Sequence record: MF360958.1
Direction: 5' to 3' (one strand)
Length of the DNA stretch: 64,000 nucleotides
Every line of letters begins with the position of its first letter. Positions within the stretch are counted from its first letter, which is position 1. Position numbers and translations under genes: made by a program. Below the pieces are notes generated by a model. The model made no database searches. It saw only the letters and a list, made by a program, of their open reading frames with translations, and was not told the DNA's origin. This document shows positions 21,629 through 34,988 of the stretch, in pieces.

Positions 21629-21740
21629 TTATTATAAATTCATATACAGAATGTGTTATACTAAAAATATTAATAAATAAATTTGTATTACATATTTTAG
21701 TTATTTTTATAACATTGTGTTATAATTTCAAAGGATCATA

Positions 21741-24700
21741 ATGAGTGAACAATTTTATAAAACAATAATGAAAGACAGGAATGAATTCCCCCAAAAAATA
21801 AAAACAATTCTTAAAACTAAGTTTAGAGATATTATATTTGAGTTAGATGAAAATATAAATGATACCGATATTGTATGTTTTGAAGCAACTATTGATACTG
21901 GTAATAGTAAACAAGAATTTATAAAAAATAATTCAACAGGCCAATTTGATTTACATGCGTTTCGATACTATAATAGGTATTATGTATATGGAACACAACA
22001 ACCAAAAACACTAGTTGTGAAAAAAGTAGAAATTATTAAAAATATAATGAAACCTGATTACAGTATATAATTTTGGAGATATAAAAATGAGCACAAAAAA
22101 TTATTGGCGGCCACATTATGTTATTGAAGAAATAGAACACAATGGGAGTATATATTTCCAAGTAAGTATTCGTGAAGTTCATTATGAAAATGATGAACCG
22201 ATATTATGGTCCGCTAATCCTTGTGAAATTATTTCAGGGGAATATGATGAGAAAGAATCCCTTGAAGATATAAAAGGGCTTATGGAAATTTACTATAAGG
22301 CTAATGAAAATTGTGTGTATAAAGTTAATGAAAACGATGAGCTTGAATATTATTCACAATATCCATGAAACAAATTATTAGTATTTAATAAATACATAAG
22401 TTAAACATTAAGTTGGCTTATGTATTTAAATGAACTAAAACAATTATGTGAAGATAATAATATTATAATGAAAAGACAGACATGCTTTTTTTCTAATAAA
22501 GCGCCTATAATGCTTTGTCGAATATCTAATTTTAATAACCAAAAATTACATTTTTGGTATACAAATTTTGAAAAACTCAAATATGATATACCGAATTTTC
22601 AATCTAATTATACATACCAACTTTACTTTCGTTATAATACTCAAGATATAATCTATTATTATTTTTTTAATGCTATTAATAATTTACCTAATGATGAAGA
22701 TTCTTATGTTTCCCTTAATGAGAAAATATATAATTGTAATGAAATAAATAATACAGTATTGCCTAAACTTAATGAATCTAAGAGTTTTGATATTGTTTTA
22801 AAAATCAATGCTGTTGATAAAGAATATCTTAAATCTTTTGCTTCTCAATTTAATAAATTAGATGAAAATTCTATTAAAGAAGATGAATTAGTTAATATAA
22901 GAAATTTTGAAACCAATATGTTTTATTCTTGTTTTATCTATATAAAACAAGATCAATTTAGAAAAATTATTAAACATTTTAAATTAGCAGGCGATTCAAT
23001 AATCATATCGGATGTAATTTATTCAAATAAATTTTGTGATATTGACATTGTAAAATTAGTAGATATTATACCTCCTATTGGTAAAGTAAAACTTAATGAT
23101 TTTTTAGCACCATCTTCATTATGAGGATTATTTGATGATAAGCTATAAAGAAATTGAACATTTGGTTTATAATAAAAATTTTTTTGTTGTTACACAGGAA
23201 ACAGAAATTAATTTATATGTATCAGCCCCTTATAAAGTATTGGTTAATGATAAACAAACTAATCATGAAACATGTATAATGGTTAGTGATATTAACCAGT
23301 TAAATAATGTATTAGATTATTATCCAAATGATGATATATATTTAATAGTCCCTAGAAGCCTCTACAATCATGTATATACAGTTTTACGTAATGTTGTCCA
23401 CAATAATATATCACAAATACATTCTAATTATAATCCCGTACAGTATCTTTATCGAAATATCTATGAATTGCCGTTATTATGCTTTTATAATATTAATGGG
23501 GAAAGTTTAAACGGTTTAGATAACTATTATGATGAAGATTTTTCAGATACATTTAATTTAACCACACCGCTATCTCATAATGTATATTTTTATAGTATTA
23601 CGTTATATGATTTCAATTATAAAACAATCAATTATTTAAAATTATTCGATATATTTAATGATGATAATATTGATGTCTTCCCTAACAGTCTTTTGAAAAT
23701 TAAAGATCTTTCTGTTCAACAAGATTATACTAAGAAAAATAATTATTCCAATGAAATTAATGGTCTTAATTTTATGAATGACTTTATTGGTATTATTAAT
23801 AAACAATTTCCAAAATATTCGATGCAGTTAATATTATGATAACATTTAATGATTTAATATATATTAATGACTACTTCAAAGATGTTTCACTAGAGCGTTT
23901 CGATGATAATCATGATATGTTAAGATATACTATGCACAATGGTCGCTGTTGTTACTATCAATTTACTCCCCATGAAAATTGTACAAATTGTATTAAAGAA
24001 ACTTCCTCAGATCACGGTATAAAAGAAAAAAATTTAAATAAATTCAATACTATTGGTTCAAAAATAACTAAAGTGGCGTATAATTTTGATTATATTAAAC
24101 ATTTGATGGAATGTTCATCATGCTATGATAAGAAGTTTTATATAGATGATTTCATGAGCATTAATCATAGAGATTACGTAATCATAACAGATTTCAACCA
24201 TCACTTTTCAATAACAAATCATCTTAAACAAATTGATAAAAACGCTCACGAAAGTGACGTTGTAAATCAACCAAAAAATTCTAATAATTATCTTTTTATT
24301 ATAGTTCGTTATGATGAAGATTCAGAAACATATAACACATTAAAAAGAAAATTTAAGGATAAACTTGTCTCATTTCAGAAAATATTTCGTACTGAAATAG
24401 CTTATTATGGATTTGAGGATGATGATACTAATATGTTTAAAGTGATGAAAATGATGAAAAATAACAATTCAAGTAGTGAGCTTGTATGTCTTAATCCTAA
24501 TCGGTTTAACCTTGATACTGTAAGCGTATCAACATTTTTAAATAATTTTAAAATATTATCTAAATTTTTTCCTAATGTTCTCTATGAGAATTATTTAGAC
24601 AGCGGTATTATAATGTATTAATATTTTCACTGTTGTTTTTATGATCCTGTATGCTATAATCCAAGTTATAATCAGCAATATAAGGTTTATAGTATGTCTA

Positions 24701-26485
24701 AACATTTCAAAGAAAAATATCCAGAATCATTTATTGAATTATCAGTAGAACAGATTCTTAATGCTCTCCCAACAGCTGTTGGAAACGTCCAAGATCAATA
24801 TTTTGAATTTGTAAAAGAATTCTCACCACAATTCACTAGAGAATATATTAATAATAAACTCGATTATTACTGTAATTGTGCATGGTATAATATTAAGAAA
24901 GAACTAAAATGGAAGCCTCATTTTTGGTTTAATAAACGTTACTATGATTTTCGAATTGATTTTTGGAAAAATGATATTATTAATTCATTTCAGGAAGATT
25001 TTAGTTATGTGTTAGGAAAAATTTTCGGATATTTAAATTATAATATTGACAATTATAATTTTTATTTGAAAAAAAGCGAACAAATACTTCATGATTCTTT
25101 AGCATGTGGTATTGAGAAAATTCTAGATGATTATATAAAATATAATATTATTGATTATATTATGAATGATTCTAATGTGGTTTCATTAAAATCTAATGAT
25201 TGTGGTATAGACATTTCTGCTGAAACAAACACTAGCATTCATAGTATAGGTATAAATGCGTGTTCAGAAATTAAAAAAATAATTTATACTTATGATAATA
25301 TAGACGATGTATTTAGTAAAAAAATGGTATCGATAGAATGCATGGATATGGATGATACATTTTTAATGATTGAACAATTTTCATATTTATATACATATCT
25401 ACATTCGTATCAAACTAAAATGAATCGAATTACTGAACTGATTGAAATGTGTAACCATACTGAAACTGAAACAATATATTTAAGTAATAGTATGGTTAAA
25501 CTTCTCCAAGATAATCTTGAAAATAATAATTATGCTGAAATTCAAGAAGATCATGGAAATGACGGTAGTTTAAATAACGAACAATCATCTGTTAGAGTAA
25601 ATAAACCATTGACTAATAATGATAAAATTGATATTAACTCAATCTATATAGATAATGATGATACTGAACATTGATTGACAGATATTAATTTAGCGTTAGA
25701 ATTGTTATTAACAATAAAAGGAAAAAAGTATGAATGATGAAAGTGATGAAATAAATGTTCCTCTTGTACTTGGTAAAAAGTATAGAAATCTATCATTTAA
25801 TTGCATTGTTGGTGAACAAGGTATCGTATCCAATATTGTATGTGATATAGAAATTAAATTTAGACCAATTAAAGAATCATTTAATAATTATATTCATAAA
25901 GTAGATTCATTTTTAAATAATCTAAACGGTTCATTTTTTATACCAACGCAATGTGATCGTAATATTCATTTTTTTAATGGATCATTAAATTGTCCAAGTG
26001 TAGAAATGCCGGTAGTTCATGATGAAGAATTTGGTCTTAATGAAATTATGACTATTCTTTTTTACAAAATGGAATCTATTATGAATGGAACATGTGAAAT
26101 TGAAGAACTAATTTTCCGACAACTAAGACCAAAAGAAATAGAACTTGTCCCCGATGTTCATACAATCAGAGAATACAATCCGCTTATTGAAGAAAGTGTA
26201 TGGGTTAAAGATATTAATACAGTAAATGATCCTGAAACCGGAGAAGTAAGTGAACTTGATAGTAGTGATGAGTCTTATGAAGATAGTCCATGGTGGCGCA
26301 GACCTAATGGAGAAGTTCGAGATTTCTTTTATGGTGCAGAAGATGGCGAAGTTGTATACTCATATCCTATTAATTTGGGTGATAGTGAAGGGTTTGATTC
26401 TATCGAAGATGATTCAGATGATTCGCCTGAAAATCCTGATAATTCAGAAGGTGATGATGATCCTACAGTAATGAAATTTAATTAA
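21741..26485 (+). CDS. run of seven hypothetical proteins (21741, 22087, 22420, 23132, 23836, 24694, 25730)
   Basis: Co-oriented ORFs with RBSs; no motif recognised. Confidence 0.55.
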
Positions 26486-26488
26486 TAT

Positions 26489-27034
26489 ATGATAAAAGAT
26501 CAAAACCTCATAAACAGTATTGATTCTTATGGTCGTGTTATTATTGATACAGATCAATACATAGATTTAATGTTGAAAGGTAAAAAACTTGACGGTATCA
26601 TTATTAATGATACGGATGCTTATGAACGTTATATTAAAAGTTGTGATCTTTTTGATGAAAAGTTAGTCGATATAAAACCATATCGTAATATTGAAACAAA
26701 GTATACCCCAGAACAGTATTTAAGGCAACGTTCCAATGTATGGCTTGTACCAGATGAATATTTTGATATTGATCTAGCAAATTTTCTTTTAGATCGTTGT
26801 AAAACTAAGAATGAACAGCAGAGAGTTTTAGAAGAAATAGAAGAATTTGTTGAACGTGATCAAATCAACATTTTACATGTATTAATTTTTATAGTAGATG
26901 AATTTAGAAAAAACAATGTAGTCTGGGGTATAGGACGAGGTAGTTCAGTAGCATCATTTGTATTATATTTGATAGGAATTAATAAGATAAATCCTTTGGA
27001 TTATGATATACATTACAATGAGTTTTTTAAATAA
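26489..27034 (+). CDS. stand-alone fragment of DNA polymerase III alpha (DnaE-like)
   Basis: IVDEFRKNNVVWGIGRGSSVASFVLYLIGINKINPL matches the DnaE GRGS motif region; only 181 aa. Confidence 0.7.
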   Translation: MIKDQNLINSIDSYGRVIIDTDQYIDLMLKGKKLDGIIINDTDAYERYIKSCDLFDEKLVDIKPYRNIETKYTPEQYLRQRSNVWLVPDEYFDIDLANFLLDRCKTKNEQQRVLEEIEEFVERDQINILHVLIFIVDEFRKNNVVWGIGRGSSVASFVLYLIGINKINPLDYDIHYNEFFK

Positions 27035-27086
27035 AAAATTCATAAATAAAATATAATAATTAAAGTAACTATGGGAGAATAAAACA

Positions 27087-27539
27087 ATGGCAGGTCGAAA
27101 AATAAAAACTTTTAATGGTAAAGTAATTGATTTTGATGAACTAATGGCTAAAAATGAAACTACGCAAGCTACAGGTAATATGGATGTTAATGCCCGTGGC
27201 GATATTATTGATTCAAAAGGTGATATTCTAAAATCACGTGATGAAATTGTTCGTGAATATAACAAAAATACGAGTAAATCTGTTGTTAAATCCAGTTTGT
27301 TAGATGATATTGATGATGATGATTCTTTAAACGAACCATTAAAAGATGATAGCCGTGTAGCTGAAAAAAAAGCTAAAGAGAATGATAAACAACAATCTGT
27401 AGCTGGTTCAGTTGAACAACAACAAAAAGATAGCGTGAAATCATCAAAAACAACTAAAGCATCTGCAAAAGCATCTCATGATGAAAATGATGAAGATAAA
27501 ACCGCAAATAATTTTAATGATAACTCTGATATTCAATAA
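27087..27539 (+). CDS. hypothetical protein
   Basis: 150-aa ORF with GGAG RBS. Confidence 0.6.
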   Translation: MAGRKIKTFNGKVIDFDELMAKNETTQATGNMDVNARGDIIDSKGDILKSRDEIVREYNKNTSKSVVKSSLLDDIDDDDSLNEPLKDDSRVAEKKAKENDKQQSVAGSVEQQQKDSVKSSKTTKASAKASHDENDEDKTANNFNDNSDIQ

Positions 27540-27594
27540 AAGTTGACATTATTTAACTATACGATAAACTATTGAATTAAAAGGTGAAAGAACT

Positions 27595-27909
27595 ATGATT
27601 GAAGTTTTTAACAAAAAAGTAATTGTAACTGAACTAGAACATGGTGAGAGCAAAACAAAAGGCGGTATTGTGGTTCCAGATGACGACGGTAAAGAACGTG
27701 GTATTCGTCCAAGATGGTGTAAAGTTCATAAAGTAGGTGAGAAAGCGAGTGATATTAAAGAAGGTCAGTGGATTTTAGTTGAACATGGTCGTTGGAGCTA
27801 TCGATTTAAAGAATCTTATGATAATGGGGAAGAAGATAGCTTCTGGTATGTTGATTATGATTCCATACTTGCTGTATGGGATGGTGAAGAGAAACCCGAA
27901 CAAAACTAA
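27595..27909 (+). CDS. groES: co-chaperonin GroES-like
   Basis: KVIVTELEHGESKTKGGIVVPD...KVHKVG...KEGQWILV...DSILAV. Confidence 0.8.
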   Translation: MIEVFNKKVIVTELEHGESKTKGGIVVPDDDGKERGIRPRWCKVHKVGEKASDIKEGQWILVEHGRWSYRFKESYDNGEEDSFWYVDYDSILAVWDGEEKPEQN

Positions 27910-27945
27910 AAACTATTAATAAAACTAATTTGGAGCTAAGTATAC

Positions 27946-28884
27946 ATGCAACAACTGTGGTATCAAAAATACAGACCTACTAAAATTGATGATTATGTCT
28001 TTACTGATGAACAACTAAAAAGTAATGTTAAAAAATGGATTGACGAGGGCGACTTCCCACATTTGCTATTATCAGGTAATCCGGGAGCAGGCAAGTCAAG
28101 TCTTGCACAATTGCTAATTGATCAATGCGGATTTGAAGAAGTGGATGTAAAAAAAGTTTCAGGATCAATTTATCGTAAAATAGATGATTTTGAAGATGAC
28201 ATTCTTCAGTTTGCAGAGAATCAATCTTTTGGTCCTAAAGGAAGAGTAGTACTTATTGATGAGGGTGATCGTTTATCCCCTCTTTATCAAGATGCTCTAA
28301 GAAACGTCATTGGTGGTGAAGATTACACTAATTGTCGTTTCATTATGACGTGTAACTATCCCCATAAAATTATTGATGCTCTTAAATCGCGTTTTGAACA
28401 TCTTACTTTTGACAAACTTGATAAAGATCAATTCATGTATCGTGTCGCGGTTATTTTAAGTGAAGAAAATGTAAAGACAGATCGTGAGACATTAGAAGAA
28501 TACGTGAACATGTATTATCCTGATCTACGTAAAACAATCAATAAAGTCCAACATAATGTAAAAGATGGTGAACTTCAAACGCAAGCTCAATCTTCTGCTG
28601 TAGATAGCCCTGATTGGATGAAGGAAGCTATTATTTATTTTCAAGATGGTAATATTCGTCGAGCACGTGAAACCATTATTAATAATATTACTTATGAAGA
28701 TTATGATTACTTTTACGAACTTATGTATAAAAATCTTCATTGGTTTGGTAAAGATGATGCTGATAAATGTGATGCAGCCCTTCTTGCTATTAAAAATGCT
28801 TATGTTGAGGATCATACCGTAGCTAATCGTGAAATTGTTCTATCAGCTTGTTTAGCTAAATTAGGTAAAATAAAAAACAGTTAA
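27946..28884 (+). CDS. sliding clamp loader AAA+ subunit (RFC small/gp44-like)
   Basis: LWYQKYRP, LLSGNPGAGKS, VLIDEGD, QDALR, ALKSRF, PDLRKTIN. Confidence 0.9.
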   Translation: MQQLWYQKYRPTKIDDYVFTDEQLKSNVKKWIDEGDFPHLLLSGNPGAGKSSLAQLLIDQCGFEEVDVKKVSGSIYRKIDDFEDDILQFAENQSFGPKGRVVLIDEGDRLSPLYQDALRNVIGGEDYTNCRFIMTCNYPHKIIDALKSRFEHLTFDKLDKDQFMYRVAVILSEENVKTDRETLEEYVNMYYPDLRKTINKVQHNVKDGELQTQAQSSAVDSPDWMKEAIIYFQDGNIRRARETIINNITYEDYDYFYELMYKNLHWFGKDDADKCDAALLAIKNAYVEDHTVANREIVLSACLAKLGKIKNS

Positions 28885-28902
28885 TCCTTAGAGGTAATAG
28901 TT

Positions 28903-29346
28903 ATGACAATTCACAATTTAACTCATGAAGAAAAAACGTTAATAAAAGATAGATTGCCTAGTCGTTTAGCAAGTGTAAGACAAATTTTAAACAATAGTAA
29001 TATTATAGAAGAATTTAGTATTTCATTATTATTTTCTGATAGCAATATAGCAGAAGAACAGCGTAAAATTGAAAATGGTGAATTAATCAATGGAACTTAT
29101 TATTCAGGATATTCTATACCAATGATTAGTATATTAGATATAGATGATAAACATGTTGAACCTTTGACAGTTGAGTTTGGATCACAATATCCATACATGA
29201 ATATTATTATTAATAAAAAATGCCAGCGTGAAGCTATTACTTATGGTGTGATGTTTATTTGTAATCGTTGGTATTATCACGAAATGTTACATTCTTCTAT
29301 AAAATCAAATATTGAAAAAATAAATAGAAAATTGTATAATTTATAA
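28903..29346 (+). CDS. hypothetical protein
   Basis: 147-aa ORF with GAGG RBS. Confidence 0.55.
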   Translation: MTIHNLTHEEKTLIKDRLPSRLASVRQILNNSNIIEEFSISLLFSDSNIAEEQRKIENGELINGTYYSGYSIPMISILDIDDKHVEPLTVEFGSQYPYMNIIINKKCQREAITYGVMFICNRWYYHEMLHSSIKSNIEKINRKLYNL

Positions 29347-29366
29347 ATTAATATTTGGAGTAATTC

Positions 29367-29768
29367 ATGAAAGGTTATACTTATTACAAGCTTAATGATT
29401 CAACAGTAAAAAAATTAAAAAAATTATTTCCTCCACAATATTCTAAATTTATTGGTCACCATGTAACATGGAAGTTCGGTGATGTTAGCGAAGATGATAT
29501 CCCACCCAATAATGCTAAAATTGAATTAGTTGGTTATGCTGATTCTGAAGATGGGTTAGAAGCTCTTGTAGTAAGTGTTAATGGTAAAACAGAAAGGCCA
29601 GATGGTTCAGTTTATCATGTAACATGGTCGCTTGATCCAGCTAAATATTCCCCTGTAGATTCTAATGAACTTTTACAAAAGCAAGGCTGGAAATCGCTTT
29701 TTTATAAAATGTTTATTGACGCTAGTCCTGAGATCAATATTTTTAATAAAAAATCTAAGAAATCATAA
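29367..29768 (+). CDS. 2H phosphoesterase
   Basis: Two HxT motifs, GHHVTWKFG and YHVTWSL. Confidence 0.7.
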   Translation: MKGYTYYKLNDSTVKKLKKLFPPQYSKFIGHHVTWKFGDVSEDDIPPNNAKIELVGYADSEDGLEALVVSVNGKTERPDGSVYHVTWSLDPAKYSPVDSNELLQKQGWKSLFYKMFIDASPEINIFNKKSKKS

Positions 29769-31183
29769 AATATCTTGTTTTTTCAACCCAATAATAGGTT
29801 CGTATTTCAGCATTTATTAATTTAATATAATTGTCAAATTTATTATGAGAAATCTTATACAAATCTAAAGTAAGGGCATTACCTATTTTATCAATTTTTT
29901 CAAAGGTTTTTATATATTGTGTGTATTTACTTTGTACATAACCATGTGCTTCAACACCAATATATTCACCAATTTCAAGATCATGAACTTTATGATCAAT
30001 ATCATTAACAAAGAAATAAGGTGGGGAATTCCCTAAGAGCCGAAAATTTTTTAAATTAGATATTCTTGGTATATAAATCCATAAATCAGCATGTATACTT
30101 ATATGTTGAGGTTCATCAAATATTTTATTAATTGTTCTCATAAAATTATCAGTTGAAAATAATACTTTGCATTCATTATTGAAAAAGAATACAAACATCA
30201 TGGTAACATGTTCTTTAAGATCTTTTGAATATAGATAACAAATTTGGAGTTTGTCATCTTTATAAACTATATCATGAATAGGAAAAAATTTTTCAATATT
30301 ATCTTTTAGAATACAACGACCGTAACGATTATAGCCATATCGGTCAAAAAGATCCATATAACATAAACAATTATTTTTATTGATATTGTCAGTATAATGC
30401 TTTATTTTGTTTTTTATTAAATATTTTCCATCATTACTATAATGTTTGAATATATTATTAAAAAAGTTTTCGTAATCATAAAAAAACACGTTATCAATGT
30501 GCATAAGATTGATGCCTCAAGTATTATTCAGAATTATTTTCTGAAGGTGTATCATCATAGTAATCTTCGCCATAAAGAATCTGATTCCGATCAAATTGTC
30601 CTACAACTTCATCAGAATCTTTTTCTTCCTCTTCTGCTTCAGATGTATAAACTTCACGAGGGTCGCGTTTTTTTTCTTCTTTTTCTCGTTCAAATTGCAT
30701 TTTGGCCATTTTCATATGACGATCAAATGAAGAATTTTTAGCATCCAAAGCAATATCAAGCAGCTTAGTGGCTGCGGTTAGAAATTTAGATCCCTGTGAC
30801 GCTTCCATTGTTAATGCTGTTTGCATTATTTCATCAAAATTATCTAATGCTCTTTTATGAACATCCTTTACACCTTTTTCATATTCTTTAACCTTTTCAT
30901 TTTGATATTCATATTGGCGAATCTGTTCAAGATCACTTTTAGTTTTATTCAAACGGTCTTTTAGATTTTGAGCTTCTTCAGGTGTCATATCGTCAAAACC
31001 ATTAAAGTAATCATCATCATAGTTTTCGTTTTCTGTAGAAACTTCTTCGTCATTATCTTGATCATCTTCTAAGTTGTCTTTCATATTATTAGTAACCTGT
31101 TCGTTGACCTCTTTAAGTGAAGGTAAATCAAATGTTTCTTCAAGAGGGGTTCTATTTTGAGAATTATTTTCATCATCATTCAT
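29755..31183 (-). CDS. two hypothetical proteins (29755..30504; 30524..31183 late, acidic/helical, weakly reminiscent of a small terminase)
   Basis: ORF track; GATAAATA upstream of 31183. Confidence 0.45.
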
Positions 31184-31297
31184 AGTTTCGATTCTCCATT
31201 TTATTCCTATTTATCAGTTTTATTTTTGATATAAACCTATTGAGTTTGGTATGAATTATTTGTATAATATTATTCAAATAGTCAAGAGGGTTTTATT

Positions 31298-33955
31298 ATG
31301 TCGTCCAAATCTAAATCATTTCAAATTGATCTTATTATCTTTTACCCAATTTTATTTTTGTGTCTCAGTAGCGATATCGTTTTTCACAATGGATTTACTG
31401 GACTTCTATTAAACGTATCTATGATCCTTTATATAGCATGTACGGTTTTTATTGTTATTCTTTCAGTAATGATGGTGATAATGCCTAAAAAAGTAACGCT
31501 TAACAAAACGGATAATATTAAAAATGTTTCGAAGAAAACGGTTCGAGATATTTCTATCGTAGAAACAAGTCTTATTGGTATGCTTATTTTGAGTATTCAG
31601 TATGATTATATTCTATACGCTTCTTTTAGTGTAGTTACGCAAGTATGTATTGTAATCATGTTTACGTACGCTCAATTGAAACTTAAAAATCCTGAATAAT
31701 ATTTAATTACTAACTTACTAACTTAACGGAGAATGTATAATGTATTCTACTAATTATAGAGAAAAACGATTCAACACTGTTCATCATGCGTATAATGGTG
31801 GATTTATTATGTATTTTCAGCTTTATAAATCCATGATTGTGATCATTATGTGGTTTTATGGTTTAGCAAAAAGACTAAAAGCTACGTATGATATTAACGT
31901 CAGTGATGATTTCAAAGTATCACGTAAAGCACGAATTAAGTTCTTTCTTCTCTTTATTGCAAAAACACCATGGTGGCTTTTGATTAAACCATTTGGATGG
32001 TTTATTGTTATCCGCACACACTACCAAGGAGAAGTTTATTATTTTAATGGCGAAGTTGACCGTTTCAATAATCTTAAAAAGCATGTGACTATTAAACTTC
32101 GTAGAATTCCTCTGATCAAGTTTCCGTGGTATTACACAGAAAAGGATCTGGATTATGTCTCGAAATAATTTGTAATTGAATAATAATTTTGTTATAATAG
32201 TAGTATATTAACAAGAGGAAATAGTCATGAGTAATGAAGTTGATACAAGTTCTATTCTTGTCGAAAGCATCAAATATCTTATGTATTGGTATTTGACATC
32301 TAATAATCCGCATCCGGCTCTTAGTCATAAGATCAGTCATAATGATCTTGGTTATCGTATCCACCTAACTAATATTACTCATGTTCTTGATTCTGAACAT
32401 GGTCATTATGTTCATGGAACTACATTCTATCTCAAGGGTAAGGAATACATTATTGAGTATGATAGAATGAGTATGTGGTTCACTGTTAACGAGAATCAAT
32501 GAGAGGTCATTATGTATAACACAATGCCTAAAATTAACCTCAAGAATATTGAACATCTTAGTGATGAAGCTAGGGAAACGGTTATTACTATCACTAAGCG
32601 AGATGGTTCAGTTTATACATCCAAACCGACTAATGCTAGTGGTTTGCAAAAATACATTTGGCGACAACTATTATTTGCGGTATCGCCTAAAAAGCAACAT
32701 CAATCCTTTCCAGTAACAGCCGATTTTGATCTTTATGATTGGTTTGAGGAAAATTGTGATGATGTTCTCACTAGGTATGAATTTCGTAAACTGAATGAAC
32801 TTGAAAAAAGAAGCTACTATACCTCTTATCAAAAAGCTAAAGAATTTAAAGAATGGCTTCGTGGTATTGAAGATGAAATTCTGAACCTTATTCCGAAAGA
32901 ACAATGGCATGGTATCAATCGTTGGAGTAAAGCTTTAGGGAAGATTTAATTAAAAATATATTGACATACGGTTATATTTTAATCTATAATTATATTTAAG
33001 TTGTTCATTAAGACATTTAAGAGGAAATTTTATGAATCGTTATATGGTACTTCAAGTAAAACTTAATTCAGAAATTCGCAATCGTGTGAATAAGCTTGGT
33101 TGGGATGGTGCAATCGAGGAAATTCCTAAAGTTAAAACCTATCTTGATGTAACTCATAAAGGTTCTGAGGCATTTGAAAAAACCATGTCATCTGATTATG
33201 AGATTGTCGGTTTCGTTTTTGGAGACAATCTCGAAGATGCGTGTAGGCGTTCAAATTTGGGTTACACATCATGTATTGATAATTTCACAGGAAATATGCA
33301 TTCGCTGAGTGTTGGTGATATTCTTGTTGAATCGTCTGAATCAATTTGGATGGTTGATCAATTTGGATTTTCTAAAGTTGAAATTCGACATAAAGATTAA
33401 TTAAAGATATAATATAGTCAATATATTCAACACATGGGGTTAATTATGAAAGGTTTTATTCAGAAAGTTAAACAAGCTCGCGAAGTTTATGAACAGACCA
33501 ATTACGAACTTTGTCTTGATGCCATTTCAAGGCTCCGCAATAAAGGTTATGATGTAAGCAATCTTCGTGATCTTCAGGATATTATTGCTGAAGCTCGATT
33601 CCTTTATACACCACTGGATGATGTTCAGGTAGGTGATGGTGTGTCGTACTCTATCGGAACCGATATCTATCCATGCACTGTTATTAATCGCACACCTTTT
33701 TCAATCAAAGTGCGTAAGGATAAGGCGTATCTCCAAAACCCGGAAGACCTTAAATTTACCACGGGTGGTTTTGCGGCACATTGTCGTAATACGGATGACG
33801 CTCAATATGTTTTTGAAGAAGATGAGCAAGGAACAATCCATACGTTCACTCGTCGTAAAACTGGTGTATGGAAAATGAAAGGTTCTCAAACAAAATCAAC
33901 TGGTGGTGGTAAACTTATTAAAGGACGTAAAAAACGTTACGACTACAATTTTTAA
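31298..33955 (+). CDS. six hypothetical early proteins (31298 membrane, 31740, 32227, 32512, 33032 YodL-like, 33434)
   Basis: HSLSVGDILV...WMVDQFGF in 33032 resembles YodL-like domains. Confidence 0.5.
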
Positions 33956-33994
33956 CGCCATCGTATAAACTACCTAAATAAACAAGGATGTTTA

Positions 33995-34921
33995 TTGGAG
34001 AAATTTATGAAAATTACTGATATTTTACACGAGAATAATATTGAAAATGTAGAACAATATATCGAGAAACTTAGATCTCATCTTAAACAAAATTGCTCAC
34101 AAATTTATAATAAATTTTATAATAATAGTGATGTTTACTTATATCATTCTCCCGATTATGACTCTACGGTAGAATTAAAAAACAAGCTATTTAAAACCTT
34201 TCCAAATAAAAAGCGTGACATGGGTAGAGAAGAGATTCCACCTTATTATCATAATAAGATGGACTCGTATTTCAAAGATAACTTTGGTATCAATTTTAGG
34301 TCTAATTCATTATTTACTGTTGCTAAAAAATGCAATATTAAGGATAATAATCCCGTAGTATTTCCTAATGATGGTTTTCAGTTAATTGCTTCTGAATCCG
34401 TGAAAGATCCTTTTTTCAATATTAAACATTGTTTGGATTCTGAATATGTTCAAAACACAATATTTGATTTTCTTGCAAATAATACGGAACAGGAATTCAG
34501 GACAGAAAAAATAGATTTCATGACCGGATTATTGTTTAACCTACTTAACCGGAGAGGATTTTTACATAGCGAAGACTATCCTAATAATGTAGAAGAATTT
34601 AAAAAAGCTGTTGAACATAATTCCAAAGTATCGCTTGGTATTGAATTAGAAGATATATCAATTTCAAAGTATGAAACGCTTCTGAACAATATAGTAAAAC
34701 ATTGCGATTCTGTGATTGATGAAATTATGGAAGGTTATAATTACGTAAAAAATAAAACTACTCTTAAAAAATATGCCAAGGAACCGGATAGCCGTCCTGA
34801 AATCATGGTTTATAGCAGTCATTATACTCTTGTAAATTTAGGTGACATATACAACTATATGATTGATAACGGTTATAAGAACCCTAAACCAAAAGAAATT
34901 ATGGATTTTTTATTTAATTAG
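33995..34921 (+). CDS. late protein, MKIxxLxE family (likely start 34007); possible ART-like fold
   Basis: MKITDILHEN; LYHS...RSNSLFT...VFPNDGF...PEIMV; TAAATA upstream. Confidence 0.55.
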   Translation: MEKFMKITDILHENNIENVEQYIEKLRSHLKQNCSQIYNKFYNNSDVYLYHSPDYDSTVELKNKLFKTFPNKKRDMGREEIPPYYHNKMDSYFKDNFGINFRSNSLFTVAKKCNIKDNNPVVFPNDGFQLIASESVKDPFFNIKHCLDSEYVQNTIFDFLANNTEQEFRTEKIDFMTGLLFNLLNRRGFLHSEDYPNNVEEFKKAVEHNSKVSLGIELEDISISKYETLLNNIVKHCDSVIDEIMEGYNYVKNKTTLKKYAKEPDSRPEIMVYSSHYTLVNLGDIYNYMIDNGYKNPKPKEIMDFLFN

Positions 34922-34988
34922 TATTGACACAGCACACACTTTTTAATATAATTGTACTTGAAATAACACATTGTAAGGAGAATTTTGT

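Noticed and set aside
31703-31727. Short TACTAACT tandem repeat
   Set aside because: About 2.5 copies in an AT-rich intergenic spacer; consistent with chance or slippage.
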